64,000 nucleotides of DNA from Minisyncoccota bacterium (GCA_046350795.1 JAXLZT010000001.1:80468-144467), one strand, 5' to 3'; positions 47,816 through 57,891 are shown, counted from the first letter of the stretch. Notes: generated by a model from the sequence alone, not told the origin. Program-made: numbers and translations.

Positions 47816-49570
47816 TTATTCTGATACCACACGCAATATTTCTTCTATTGTGGTCTGACCCTGAACAGCTTTGAAAATGCCGTCTTCTATCATAGACAAC
47901 ATACCTTCGGCTTTTGCTTGTTTCTCTATTTCTTTATCAGTCTTACCCTGCATCACAAGCTCTTTTATAGCTGGAGACACCTTGAGCACTTCGTATATAC
48001 CCACTCGGCCACTAAAAGCTTGCTCAGGGTCTACACCGGCTTTTGGTCTATAAAAAGGTATTTTGTCCCAAGACACTTTTCCTTCTACCACCTTTTCTTC
48101 TTTCAAAAACTTTAAGACACGATCAAGGTCAACGGTTTTTTTCAAAGTTTCTATCTCGGCGTCAGTCAAAAAGTATTTTTCTTTTTTATCAGTAAGTTTA
48201 CGAACGAGACGCTGTGCAATAACTACGTTTAATGTAGAGACGATTAAAAACGGCTCGACTTTCATATCTATGAGACGAGGTATCGCACCTGCAGCTGAGT
48301 TGGTGTGCAGTGTGGAAAGCACGAGATGACCTGTAAGTGATGCGTTGACCGCAAGAGAAGCTGTCTCACCATCACGGATCTCTCCCACCATGATAATGTC
48401 TGGGTCCTGACGCACTAGTGTGCGTAGACCGTTACTAAAGGTCAATCCTATCTCAGACTTTACTTGCGTTTGGTTGATACGATTCATTTGATACTCTACC
48501 GGATCCTCTATAGTAGAAATATTTACGTCAGGCGTATTTAAAATATCAAGCATTGTATATAGAGAAGTGGTCTTTCCAGATCCTGTCGGTCCAGTAGTGA
48601 GTATGAGTCCAGTCGTCTGATTCATTGCCTTGTGTATTTGCTCTAGAGCCTCACCGTGATAACCGAGTACTTCGAGAGTAAATCCAGAAGCTGATTCGCG
48701 AAGCAAACGCATTACAGTCTTTTCTCCGTAGTAAATAGGCAAAGTAGAAACACGGAAAGAAACTTTTTCTCCGTTCATGTCTATTTTAAAGCGACCGTCT
48801 TGTGGTAAACGCTTTTCATCTAGCTTTAGATTTGCGAGCACTTTTATGCGTGCGGTGATACTAGTAGAAATATTTTTAGGTAATGTCATAGCGTCATGAA
48901 GCATACCGTCGATACGGTATCTGACTATCACCTGATTTTCGAGGGGCTCGATGTGAATATCAGAAGCGTTTTGAATAATTGCATGTTTTAAAAGAGTATC
49001 GACTATGCGCACCACAGGCATATCCTCAGCAAGCTTCTTGAGGTCGCTCTCTGACACATCTTCGTTTTCACCTCCATCGGCTACAGCTTTTATGGACACG
49101 GATTCTTTTTGAATCAAATCTCCAAATTCTGCCTTAAGACTTTTTTGATATTGCAAAAGCACACTCTTAATAGATTCGCTATCAGTCAAACGAGGCAATA
49201 TTTTCAATCCAACTTTCTTTTTTACAAAATCAATAGCGGTCAGATTGGCAATATCAAGCATTGCCACCTCGAGTCCCCCAGGTACTTTTTTAAAACCAAC
49301 TATATTGTGATTGCGAGCAATAGGTTCTGGAATAAGAGCGAGCACATCAAAATCTATCTTTATACCCTTTAAATCAACAAAAGGAATACCTAAAATATTA
49401 GCCTGAATCTTGCGCAATTCATCCTCACCTATCTTACCCTTGCTTACAAGTACTTCTCCCACATCAACATCCTTTTCCTCTGCCTCTTTTTCTGCAGAAG
49501 CAAAATCGGCTTTTGATACAAGACCAGAGTCCAAGATGAAATCTTTAAATTGTTTTTCTTCAATGTGCAT
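47816..49570 (-). CDS. pilB: Type IV pilus assembly ATPase PilB (GspE family)
   Basis: ASDIHIEP, RLPQDGR, GPTGSGKTT, TIEDPVE, RQDPD, TGHLVLSTLH. Confidence 0.95.
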   Translation of the reverse strand: MHIEEKQFKDFILDSGLVSKADFASAEKEAEEKDVDVGEVLVSKGKIGEDELRKIQANILGIPFVDLKGIKIDFDVLALIPEPIARNHNIVGFKKVPGGLEVAMLDIANLTAIDFVKKKVGLKILPRLTDSESIKSVLLQYQKSLKAEFGDLIQKESVSIKAVADGGENEDVSESDLKKLAEDMPVVRIVDTLLKHAIIQNASDIHIEPLENQVIVRYRIDGMLHDAMTLPKNISTSITARIKVLANLKLDEKRLPQDGRFKIDMNGEKVSFRVSTLPIYYGEKTVMRLLRESASGFTLEVLGYHGEALEQIHKAMNQTTGLILTTGPTGSGKTTSLYTMLDILNTPDVNISTIEDPVEYQMNRINQTQVKSEIGLTFSNGLRTLVRQDPDIIMVGEIRDGETASLAVNASLTGHLVLSTLHTNSAAGAIPRLIDMKVEPFLIVSTLNVVIAQRLVRKLTDKKEKYFLTDAEIETLKKTVDLDRVLKFLKEEKVVEGKVSWDKIPFYRPKAGVDPEQAFSGRVGIYEVLKVSPAIKELVMQGKTDKEIEKQAKAEGMLSMIEDGIFKAVQGQTTIEEILRVVSE

Positions 49571-49603
49571 AATAGTAGTGCAACAATGAAATTATTATAT
49601 CAG

Positions 49604-49642
49604 AAAACAAAACACACATCTGTGGAGATGTGTGTTTTGTTT
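49604..49642 (-). terminator. Terminator after the fibre-gene cluster
   Basis: AAACAAAACACACATCT-GTGG-AGATGTGTGTTTTGTTT. Confidence 0.75.
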
Positions 49643-49656
49643 AAAAAAACGCAAAA

Positions 49657-50463
49657 TTAATTTTTAACACAATACAACAAAGCAATGTATGGATTTAACA
49701 TGTTCATTGCCTCAGCGTTTCCAGTAGCACCTATACTAGGTGAGGACGTATTTGGATTATCCCAAGGAATGTCTACGTTTTGTTGACAAGTGCCCCCAGA
49801 ACAATAATTTTTTCCTGTATTTCCAAAAGCGTTTACAAGATAATTTCCATTATTATTTATGGTGTGATTATGAGATGCCATCTGTTCTAAAGTCTGTACA
49901 ATAGCCTCCTGACCACCCTTTTGTCCTAAAGTATGATTTGTACTAGCAGTGGATCCACTTCCTGTATTAGAGTTTCCTACTCCCAGTATTACTCTACCTG
50001 CACCATCAGTAAAAGGACTCCATCCAGATGGGCATGAAGATAGGTTGAAAGACATGACCGCACCAGAAGGAGCATTTATCACAACACCGCCACTATTTGT
50101 CGGCCACTGTGTAATACAAGCATCTCCTATACAAAAACCTGTGCGACTTTTTGAGTATCCCACCACATCAAGCATTTGAGTTGGCGCATCTGTACCAATA
50201 CCAACCTTGCCAGCATAAGCAGAAAAACCGAGATCATCTTGCAACACAGCGGCGCCCACAGTAAGTCCTCCTTGTTTTATCTGACCGACTGTACCTAAAT
50301 TTATAGGCGGTCTACATCCAGGCGTAAAGTTGTTAGCACAATCTGGCGGTGGAGATGAAGGCGCACTCCAACCAAAAACAGTTACAGAACCAAAGTAAAA
50401 TACGCAGGTTAAAAGAACAATCTTAATATTTTTTATAATTTCTTTTTTATTATTCATATTCAT
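49657..50463 (-). CDS. Secreted tail-collar/fibre-like protein, paralog 3
   Basis: Signal/TM segment, W..P...PP motif, VGIGT..P...LDV.G, collar-like PSG...FN...CPSGW, SHNH, PYIALLYCVK. Confidence 0.75.
   Translation of the reverse strand: MNMNNKKEIIKNIKIVLLTCVFYFGSVTVFGWSAPSSPPPDCANNFTPGCRPPINLGTVGQIKQGGLTVGAAVLQDDLGFSAYAGKVGIGTDAPTQMLDVVGYSKSRTGFCIGDACITQWPTNSGGVVINAPSGAVMSFNLSSCPSGWSPFTDGAGRVILGVGNSNTGSGSTASTNHTLGQKGGQEAIVQTLEQMASHNHTINNNGNYLVNAFGNTGKNYCSGGTCQQNVDIPWDNPNTSSPSIGATGNAEAMNMLNPYIALLYCVKN
49895..50051. repeat. 157-bp direct repeat, copy 1 (others at 50711-50867 and 51530-51686)
   Basis: Three copies identical by manual comparison. Confidence 0.9.
50132..50184. repeat. 53-bp direct repeat, copy 1 (others at 50939-50991 and 51770-51822)
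   Basis: CAAAAACCTGTGCGAC...TTTGAGTTGG identical in all three genes. Confidence 0.9.
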
Positions 50464-50469
50464 AATCTT

Positions 50470-51267
50470 CTAAGGTAAATCTTTAGAACAATAAAGCAAT
50501 GTGACATATGGATCCGTAATATTCATTGGACTGCCACCCAAATTGTTATTAACGGTTGGGGTAAAAAAATCTCCAGTAGTAATAATAGAATTTGAACTAA
50601 CACAAGATTGATTGGTGCAAAAATTTTTTTGTTGTTTACCAAGATAGTTCACCCAAATAGGATAGTTGCCGGTCGCGGCATGATTGTGCGGAGGAAGTTG
50701 AGACGCTTCTTGTACAATAGCCTCCTGACCACCCTTTTGTCCTAAAGTATGATTTGTACTAGCAGTGGATCCACTTCCTGTATTAGAGTTTCCTACTCCC
50801 AGTATTACTCTACCTGCACCATCAGTAAAAGGACTCCATCCAGATGGGCATGAAGATAGGTTGAAAGCCGCAACAATAGCGCCAGAAGGTATACTTGATC
50901 CACCAGCATTCCAGTTTTGTATACAACTATCATTGATGCAAAAACCTGTGCGACTTTTTGAGTATCCCACCACATCAAGCATTTGAGTTGGTTCAATAGT
51001 GCCTATACCGGCCTTTCCTTTCAAGACCAAAAGGCTTGGTTGGCTTGCATCCAAACCATAACCAACAGTAAGGCCTCCCTGTTTTATTTGACCGTCACCC
51101 CCCAAGTGTAATGGCGCATCACATCCAGGATAATTTGTAGGGCAATTGGTTGGACTGCCTGGTGGAGGGCTCCATGCTCCATAAACAGCATTTACACCAA
51201 CACTCAAAAAAAATGCAATTACTACTATCTTAAAATTTTGTAATATTTTTTCTTTTAGAAGATTCAT
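50470..51267 (-). CDS. Secreted tail-collar/fibre-like protein, paralog 2
   Basis: Same architecture; PHNH; PYVTLLYCSK. Confidence 0.75.
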   Translation of the reverse strand: MNLLKEKILQNFKIVVIAFFLSVGVNAVYGAWSPPPGSPTNCPTNYPGCDAPLHLGGDGQIKQGGLTVGYGLDASQPSLLVLKGKAGIGTIEPTQMLDVVGYSKSRTGFCINDSCIQNWNAGGSSIPSGAIVAAFNLSSCPSGWSPFTDGAGRVILGVGNSNTGSGSTASTNHTLGQKGGQEAIVQEASQLPPHNHAATGNYPIWVNYLGKQQKNFCTNQSCVSSNSIITTGDFFTPTVNNNLGGSPMNITDPYVTLLYCSKDLP

Positions 51268-51279
51268 GGCGTATTTAAA

Positions 51280-52107
51280 TTAATTTTTGGAACAATAAAG
51301 TAATGTGACATATGGATCCATAATATTCATCGGTAACGGACTATCTGAACCTATTGGTTGCAACCACACCGTACCTTGATTGTTATATGCATTTTTAAAA
51401 TTTCCACCACTGCAATTATTTGATCCCTGTTGACAGCTATTAATACTAGGAACACCAATAGGCCTCAACCAACCAGAAGACCCGCCACCATTAAACGAAT
51501 GGCTATGAACTGCCACCTGTGATTCGTCTTGTACAATAGCCTCCTGACCACCCTTTTGTCCTAAAGTATGATTTGTACTAGCAGTGGATCCACTTCCTGT
51601 ATTAGAGTTTCCTACTCCCAGTATTACTCTACCTGCACCATCAGTAAAAGGACTCCATCCAGATGGGCATGAAGATAGGTTGAAAGGTAAAACGGTACCA
51701 GAAGGAAGTTCTACCACATTATCACCGCCAGTCGCCCATGAAAAAGACGTGATACAGCTATCGTTGATGCAAAAACCTGTGCGACTTTTTGAGTATCCCA
51801 CCACATCAAGCATTTGAGTTGGTTCGGTCGTACCTATACCAGCTTTTCCGCCAGCAACAGCAAAGCCAAGAGAATCTGTAGACAAACTTTCACCAAGTAT
51901 TAAACCGCCGTCTTTTATCTGCCCGTAAGATCCAATATGAACTGGTTTATCACAACCAGTAGCGCCAGAAGGGCAATTGTTTTCAATGTTTGGAATACCA
52001 GGTGGACCCACCCAAGCCAAAAGAGTGCTCACCCCTGTGCCAAGCATAAAGGTTAACAAAGCTATTTTCATCCAATCAATAATTTCTTTTTTTATAAAGC
52101 TTTTCAT
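51280..52107 (-). CDS. Secreted tail-collar/fibre-like protein, paralog 1
   Basis: Same architecture; VHSH; PYVTLLYCSK. Confidence 0.75.
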   Translation of the reverse strand: MKSFIKKEIIDWMKIALLTFMLGTGVSTLLAWVGPPGIPNIENNCPSGATGCDKPVHIGSYGQIKDGGLILGESLSTDSLGFAVAGGKAGIGTTEPTQMLDVVGYSKSRTGFCINDSCITSFSWATGGDNVVELPSGTVLPFNLSSCPSGWSPFTDGAGRVILGVGNSNTGSGSTASTNHTLGQKGGQEAIVQDESQVAVHSHSFNGGGSSGWLRPIGVPSINSCQQGSNNCSGGNFKNAYNNQGTVWLQPIGSDSPLPMNIMDPYVTLLYCSKN

Positions 52108-52116
52108 TTTTTAAAA

Positions 52117-52452
52117 TTATTTTGCTGTCATTGAGTTGATAAGTTTGTTCTTTTTCTCTACGGACAGGCCCGCTTGGCTTGATTTTGCTGTACTAGACTT
52201 TATAAGTGCCTGTCTTTCTTTTTCAGTAAGATTTGATGGGCCTTTTGCTGTCATTGAATTGATAAGTTTTTGTTCTGGAGTCATCTGAGAATCTGGAGAA
52301 GTGCCCGTCTTTTCTTTAAACATAAAAATTATAGCAACAAAAACAATTAGGCACGCTATAAAAATAACAACCCATCTAGTTTTATTGTGTTGAGAGTCGG
52401 CAACTTGATTTATGTTATTTAGATTGTTATCCATGTCATTTAAATTATACAT
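52117..52452 (-). CDS. Small single-TM protein with (L/I)I.SMTA repeats
   Basis: TM helix followed by three LINSMTAK-like repeats; TAATG overlap with the upstream gene. Confidence 0.7.
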   Translation of the reverse strand: MYNLNDMDNNLNNINQVADSQHNKTRWVVIFIACLIVFVAIIFMFKEKTGTSPDSQMTPEQKLINSMTAKGPSNLTEKERQALIKSSTAKSSQAGLSVEKKNKLINSMTAK

Positions 52453-54740
52453 TAAAATTCATTTGTATCTGGTTGCGCTACTACAACTATAGAGTTATCA
52501 CATTTTTTAACAGTAGAAACACCATTTACATTTGTAGCTGTAACATAAAGCTCTTTTATTCCAGTTGTAGCATATGTTTTTACAAAGTTTGTATTAGAAC
52601 CCGTAGATGTTGGATTAACATTTGTTCCCTCCCAAGAATATGTTAGTGGATTTAGTGGATCAACAGTCGCTGGTGTAGCCACCCAAGTAACAGGATTGTT
52701 TACCAAATATGGCGGACCGCCCGCTGCTTTACATGAGGCCAAATCGAAAGATGGTACAAGCACTGGAATAGTAACTGTTTTTTCTGGAATAGAAGATTGG
52801 CCCTTAACAATAACTTCGTACATACCAGGGTCAGTATCTGGAGATACATTTATTGAAAGAGTCTTTTGACAATCTGGTTTGCAACTAGCATTTGCAGGCA
52901 GAGACGCTGTGAGTGGTGAGGTAGCACCACCCGGCGCATTTACCTGAACTGATAAATCAACTGTTTCTGTCTTTCCAGAAGTAAGGGTTAAATTGATATC
53001 GGAAGTTACATTGTGAGTTTCTCCCGGAACAGTCCAGCTAGTAAAACCACTCGGTAAAGCAGTAATAGAATAATCAAAAGGAGCTGGAACGCCATAGGTT
53101 ACCTTATGATAACCATTCACAGGATCATTAAACCGGATCCATCCAAGCGCTTCTCCACCCCACATTGATCCCATTATACGAGCAGTCTTTCTGTTGTAAG
53201 TAAGTCCAGCATCTCCGTGTTCATGACTATAGCCGGTTGGGAAAGTATTATCAGAAAGTTTTATCCAACCATCAAATCCTGGAGTGCTATCTCCACTCAA
53301 GACTCTAGCCCAACCAGCAATAGAACCAACATTCTGATCTATGTTTGTTAGACTAGCAACGTCACTTGAATTATTTGGTCCTGTTAGACCACCAAAATTT
53401 ATCCAACCCACAGAATCACTCCAAGCATGACCAGAAAGTGTTCCAGATCCACCCATAACACCGCCATTATTTACACTTACTCCAAAACCACCGGATGTAG
53501 CACAAGGTGAATCGGCCACACCATCCTGATCTTCATCAAAACAACTATTCATCTGTATCCAGCCAATGTTGTCTGACCAAGCATATCCAAAAATATTACC
53601 AATTTCATTTTCTACACACTGGCCATTTACAGGCTCAGTATTGCCCTGACACTTTGCTTCACATTTTGGCGCACTACCAGATGGAGAACTACATGAAGCT
53701 ACTGTTGTATAAGGAGTATCAGCTGTCAGACCGGTGCCATCTCCAGCACAAAGGGTAGAATTTGCAGGAAGAGTACCTGTGCATGAATAGGTGGGAGCTG
53801 GAACACAAGAATCTGAATTACCCGGACCAGGAGAATAAACGTATCCTATGTCACACTCTCTTTCACATTTTGGTGCGCTTCCTGTTGGAACGCTACAAGA
53901 CTGGACCAAATCATACTGTATATTGCCACTAAACCCAGCGTTGTCTCCCGAACAAAGTACTGAATTTGATGCAACATTTCCATTACATGACCCACTCAAA
54001 CCACCTCCACCGGATTGAGTAATAGTGCCTGATTGTCTCCACTCACTCCACAATCCCTGACAGCTATCCCAATTACGCACTGCTATTTTTATAGGTTCTC
54101 CTTGATATTTTGTTGGGGTCTGAAGTTGAGCTACACCACTATATCCAGCAGGAATTACTGGTGGATAATCTACCCATATCGGCACACTTACATCTTCTGG
54201 CTCCTGATTATTTAAAATTACAATAACCTGATGCTCCTCTCCTGTTCCGTTGTTTGCAGCTGGCGGAATAGTAATATTTAGATCGTTTAAACCGGGATTT
54301 ACATACGAACCAGAAAAGCTACCGGATACCCATGTAGGTGGTACTGGAAAATCATTTGTACAAGGACCCTCTTTTCCGCCTCCACCATTGCCTCCATCAC
54401 CATCTGACATTGTTGGAGTGTAATCTTGAATACCTCCCACACCATCATTATCAATAGTAGTTATCTGGCAAGTACCGACGTTTTCAGCAGTACAAGCTGG
54501 TGGATTTCCAATACCGTTCACACCCACACAAAGACCAGACTGACACTGACTATTACTAACACATATACCACCATTTGGGGTGTTATTGGTACAAGAGAGT
54601 ACTGTTGGGTTAGCACCTTTTCCCTCTACACCAGGTGAATGAGCAACAAAAAGCATTCCTCCAAAAAGCACAGCCACAGCTAAAGCAAAAAACAAAAGTG
54701 ATCTATTACGAATAATTCCTTCTTTTATATTTTTCACCAT
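52452..54740 (-). CDS. Large secreted Cys-rich surface protein
   Basis: Signal peptide, Cys-rich modules, G.AWS..GWI repeats, Ig/PKD-like C-terminus ending in EF. Confidence 0.8.
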   Translation of the reverse strand: MVKNIKEGIIRNRSLLFFALAVAVLFGGMLFVAHSPGVEGKGANPTVLSCTNNTPNGGICVSNSQCQSGLCVGVNGIGNPPACTAENVGTCQITTIDNDGVGGIQDYTPTMSDGDGGNGGGGKEGPCTNDFPVPPTWVSGSFSGSYVNPGLNDLNITIPPAANNGTGEEHQVIVILNNQEPEDVSVPIWVDYPPVIPAGYSGVAQLQTPTKYQGEPIKIAVRNWDSCQGLWSEWRQSGTITQSGGGGLSGSCNGNVASNSVLCSGDNAGFSGNIQYDLVQSCSVPTGSAPKCERECDIGYVYSPGPGNSDSCVPAPTYSCTGTLPANSTLCAGDGTGLTADTPYTTVASCSSPSGSAPKCEAKCQGNTEPVNGQCVENEIGNIFGYAWSDNIGWIQMNSCFDEDQDGVADSPCATSGGFGVSVNNGGVMGGSGTLSGHAWSDSVGWINFGGLTGPNNSSDVASLTNIDQNVGSIAGWARVLSGDSTPGFDGWIKLSDNTFPTGYSHEHGDAGLTYNRKTARIMGSMWGGEALGWIRFNDPVNGYHKVTYGVPAPFDYSITALPSGFTSWTVPGETHNVTSDINLTLTSGKTETVDLSVQVNAPGGATSPLTASLPANASCKPDCQKTLSINVSPDTDPGMYEVIVKGQSSIPEKTVTIPVLVPSFDLASCKAAGGPPYLVNNPVTWVATPATVDPLNPLTYSWEGTNVNPTSTGSNTNFVKTYATTGIKELYVTATNVNGVSTVKKCDNSIVVVAQPDTNEF

Positions 54741-54828
54741 ATAAAAACAACAAAGATTAATGTCGATTAAAATTATAGCACATTGCTCAAACTAAAATTT
54801 AGTTTTAAATCTGTTATGTGGATAATAC

Positions 54829-54898
54829 TTGACTTATTGCTCAAATTTTGCTACTGTATTTGTATTAGAAGTTCGCCTCACGGCGGACTAATTTTTTT
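54829..54898 (+). promoter_or_regulatory. nusA promoter and leader hairpin
   Basis: TTGACT-17-TACTGT, then AGTTCGCC-TCAC-GGCGGACT followed by AATTTTTTT. Confidence 0.55.
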
Positions 54899-54907
54899 AA
54901 AAAATAT

Positions 54908-56050
54908 ATGTTAGATCTAAAAGTAATTCATTCAGTGCTTCATCAGCTCGAAGAAGAGCGAGGCATTCCAAAAGAGAAAATAATAGAGGCCATAGAAATG
55001 GCTCTTGCTACTGCGTATAAAAAAGAATATGGCGAAAAAGGCCAAATTGTTCGCGCTAAATTTGATATAAACTCAGGAAAAACAGAATTTTTGCAGGTGA
55101 AAATCGTCGTAGACGATACTACAGTTATAATTCCAGATAAAAATGGCGAGGTAGATTTTGAGCGTGCAGAAGCCGAAGAAAAAGATATTTTCAATCCAGA
55201 ACATCACATTCTCCTAAACGATGCTAAAAAAATCAAAAAAGACGTAGCGCTTGGCGAAGAAATGGTTTTCCCTCTAGAGGGACATGACGACTACGGACGC
55301 ATTGCTTCTCAAACAGCAAAGCAGGTCATCATCCAAAAGATTCGCGAGGCAGAAAAAACAGCTGTGCTAGGTGAATACGGCAAACAAGAAGGAACTATAG
55401 TAAACGGAACAGTTCAAAGAATGGAAAGAGGTGCAATATTCGTCGATATGGGCAGAGCTACAGGTATTCTTTCATATGAAGACCAAATTCCAGGAGAGAG
55501 ATACTCTCAAGGAGAGCGTGTCCGAGCATATCTATATAGAGTAGAAGAGACTCCTCGAGGAATCTTCCTACGACTTTCTCGTTCACATCCACAATTCCTA
55601 CAAAAACTTTTTGAGGTAGAAACTCCAGAGATCGGTGCGGGTGTAGTGCAGGTAAAATCTGTTGCCCGCGAAGCTGGTGCTCGTACAAAAATAGCAGTAG
55701 CTTCTACAGATGAGCATATTGACCCTGTCGGCTCTATGGTGGGTCAGCGTGGAGTACGCGTAAGCACAGTCATGAGCGAGCTTGGTGGCGAAAAAATTGA
55801 TATTATAGAGTGGTCAGCAGATCCTAAAAAGTTTGTTGAGGACTCTCTTTCTCCAGCAAAAGTTATTTCTGTTGAAATAGATGAGACAGAAAAGAAAGCT
55901 ACAGTAAAAGTCTCAGAAGACCAACAGTCTCTGGCTATCGGAAAAGGTGGTCAAAACGTGCGACTAGCAGCAAAGCTCACAGGATGGAAAATAGACATAC
56001 AGTCTGTGAAAGGAGAATCCGTAGCTGACTCAGAAGAAGTACAAGCTTAA
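54908..56050 (+). CDS. nusA: Transcription termination factor NusA
   Basis: GRIASQTAKQ, S1 domain, REAGARTKIAV, AIGKGGQNVRLAAKLTGW. Confidence 0.98.
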   Translation: MLDLKVIHSVLHQLEEERGIPKEKIIEAIEMALATAYKKEYGEKGQIVRAKFDINSGKTEFLQVKIVVDDTTVIIPDKNGEVDFERAEAEEKDIFNPEHHILLNDAKKIKKDVALGEEMVFPLEGHDDYGRIASQTAKQVIIQKIREAEKTAVLGEYGKQEGTIVNGTVQRMERGAIFVDMGRATGILSYEDQIPGERYSQGERVRAYLYRVEETPRGIFLRLSRSHPQFLQKLFEVETPEIGAGVVQVKSVAREAGARTKIAVASTDEHIDPVGSMVGQRGVRVSTVMSELGGEKIDIIEWSADPKKFVEDSLSPAKVISVEIDETEKKATVKVSEDQQSLAIGKGGQNVRLAAKLTGWKIDIQSVKGESVADSEEVQA

Positions 56051-56089
56051 ATTTATCAGGGTGCATTTGCACCATAATAAAAAATAAAT

Positions 56090-56614
56090 ATGAATTTGTG
56101 GCACGATATTGCATCAGGAGAAAAAGATTCAATAAATACTATTATTGAAATCAACAAAGGTTCAAAAAATAAATATGAAATAGACAAAGAAACAGGCATG
56201 ATCGCTCTTGATCGTGTTCTCCACTCTTCCCAAGATTACCCCTTTGACTATGGCTTTGTACCACAGACTCTTTGGGATGACGGAGACGCTGTAGACGTAA
56301 TAGTCCTTACTACTTACCCGCTTTTACCTGGCATTCTAGTACGAGTACGCCCTGTAGCTATCATGGACATGGTTGATAGCGGTGAGTCAGATGCAAAAAT
56401 AATTGCTGTGCCAGTAGATGATCCTAGATGGAATGATGTAAAAGATTTAGCTGATGTAAATAAACACACCCTAAAAGAAATGGAACACTTCTTTTCAACG
56501 TATAAAAAACTACAAAACAAAGAAGTGTCAGTGCAAGGATTCCACGGAAAGGACAAAGCAGAAGAAGCGTTTTTGCGAGGAATAGAGTTATATAAACAAA
56601 AGTTTTCTAAATAA
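56090..56614 (+). CDS. ppa: Inorganic pyrophosphatase (family I)
   Basis: KYEIDK, YGFVPQT, DGDAVD, HFFSTYK. Confidence 0.96.
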   Translation: MNLWHDIASGEKDSINTIIEINKGSKNKYEIDKETGMIALDRVLHSSQDYPFDYGFVPQTLWDDGDAVDVIVLTTYPLLPGILVRVRPVAIMDMVDSGESDAKIIAVPVDDPRWNDVKDLADVNKHTLKEMEHFFSTYKKLQNKEVSVQGFHGKDKAEEAFLRGIELYKQKFSK

Positions 56615-56617
56615 ACA

Positions 56618-56659
56618 AAACAAAAAACACCAATGCATAAGCTTGGTGTTTTTTGTTTG
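56618..56659 (+). terminator. Terminator after ppa
   Basis: AAACAAAAAACACCAA...TTGGTGTTTTTTGTTT. Confidence 0.75.
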
Positions 56660-56750
56660 TCTAACAATTTATCTGTATAATGTAAGCAGACAAGACGCTT
56701 TCCGTCTTATTATTTAGTAGAACACGCTTATAAAATATAACTTACAAAAT

Positions 56751-57485
56751 ATGAAAAAAATTATCTATAGCTTTTTGTTTATTGCACTCGCTTTTGTTTT
56801 ATTTCCTGGTTTTTCACATGCACAAACAGGTGTTGCGCCAATGAAAAACAATTATGCTGGTAAAAAAATCGATCCACCAGGAGTAAGGCCTACCAACATG
56901 ATGGAAAAGGCACAAAACATAAAAGACACAGCCTTTGATGACAGAGTTCGACTCGCTCCAGATCTAGAAAAAAGACGTGAATTTGAAATGACAAAAGACG
57001 GTCAGATACGAGCAAAAGACGGTCAACCAGTAGGTAGACGAGAGAAACTTGGAAAACACGTTGAAATAATCACAACCAGACTAAATGCTGGTGTAATGCG
57101 ACTAGAACAAATAATCACCAGAATAGAATCTCGAAATGAAAAGATAAAATCAGAAGGAGGTGATGTTTCCGCTTCAGAAAAAGCAATAACTAGCGCACAA
57201 ACAGAAATAGAAAAGGCAAAAACAGACATCTCTTCCCTATCGACAATGTTTGAAAGTGTTGTAGAAGAATCAGATTTGTCCACAACAGAAGGAGCTGCTG
57301 CGATAAGCGCTATAAAAGCCACACAACAAGCAAATAAAGACGCACTAATGAAAATGCGCGCAACTATTCAAAGTGCGAAAGGACACCTAGAGTCTGCAAG
57401 AAAATATCTCGTAAACTCTGTTACAGTAATAAAAAGTATGCGTTCAACATCACCAACATCCGCTACGCCAGTTGAATCAATATAA
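56751..57485 (+). CDS. Secreted coiled-coil hypothetical protein
   Basis: Sec signal ending SHA|Q; long amphipathic helices. Confidence 0.75.
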   Translation: MKKIIYSFLFIALAFVLFPGFSHAQTGVAPMKNNYAGKKIDPPGVRPTNMMEKAQNIKDTAFDDRVRLAPDLEKRREFEMTKDGQIRAKDGQPVGRREKLGKHVEIITTRLNAGVMRLEQIITRIESRNEKIKSEGGDVSASEKAITSAQTEIEKAKTDISSLSTMFESVVEESDLSTTEGAAAISAIKATQQANKDALMKMRATIQSAKGHLESARKYLVNSVTVIKSMRSTSPTSATPVESI

Positions 57486-57519
57486 AAAATTAATAATTAA
57501 TTATTAAGAAAATAAAAAT

Positions 57520-57891
57520 ATGGATATACAACAAAATGGAATGGGAATGCAAAGTGGAATGAACACACCCCCACCTACACCACAACCACCAGTAATGCCA
57601 ACAATAGAATCTCCAAAGAAAAGCCCAATTGGTCCAATGATTGGTCTAATAGTAATACTGGCAATAATAGTAGTGGGCACATTATATTTTTGGGGCCAAA
57701 GAGTAGATAAAACACAAAATGTTCAACAAAAAACAGAAACACAAACAGAAAATGTAGCACCGGTAGTGACAGACACTCAAACAGAACAGTTACAGGTTCA
57801 AAACACATCAGACGATATAGATTCAATAGACGCTGATCTAAACTCAACAGATTTTGGAAATATAGACTCAGGAGTAGAACAACTACAATAA
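57520..57891 (+). CDS. Single-TM hypothetical protein
   Basis: Pro-rich N-terminus, TM helix, acidic tail SDDIDSIDADL. Confidence 0.75.
   Translation: MDIQQNGMGMQSGMNTPPPTPQPPVMPTIESPKKSPIGPMIGLIVILAIIVVGTLYFWGQRVDKTQNVQQKTETQTENVAPVVTDTQTEQLQVQNTSDDIDSIDADLNSTDFGNIDSGVEQLQ

Noticed and set aside
49657-52107. Diversity-generating retroelement or shufflon
   Set aside because: No reverse transcriptase or invertase is in the window. The repeats are identical rather than differing at adenines, and all genes are complete and co-oriented.
54817-54825. Replication origin suggested by a perfect DnaA box TGTGGATAA
   Set aside because: It is a single box with no cluster and no dnaA or dnaN nearby. 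It could be regulatory or chance.
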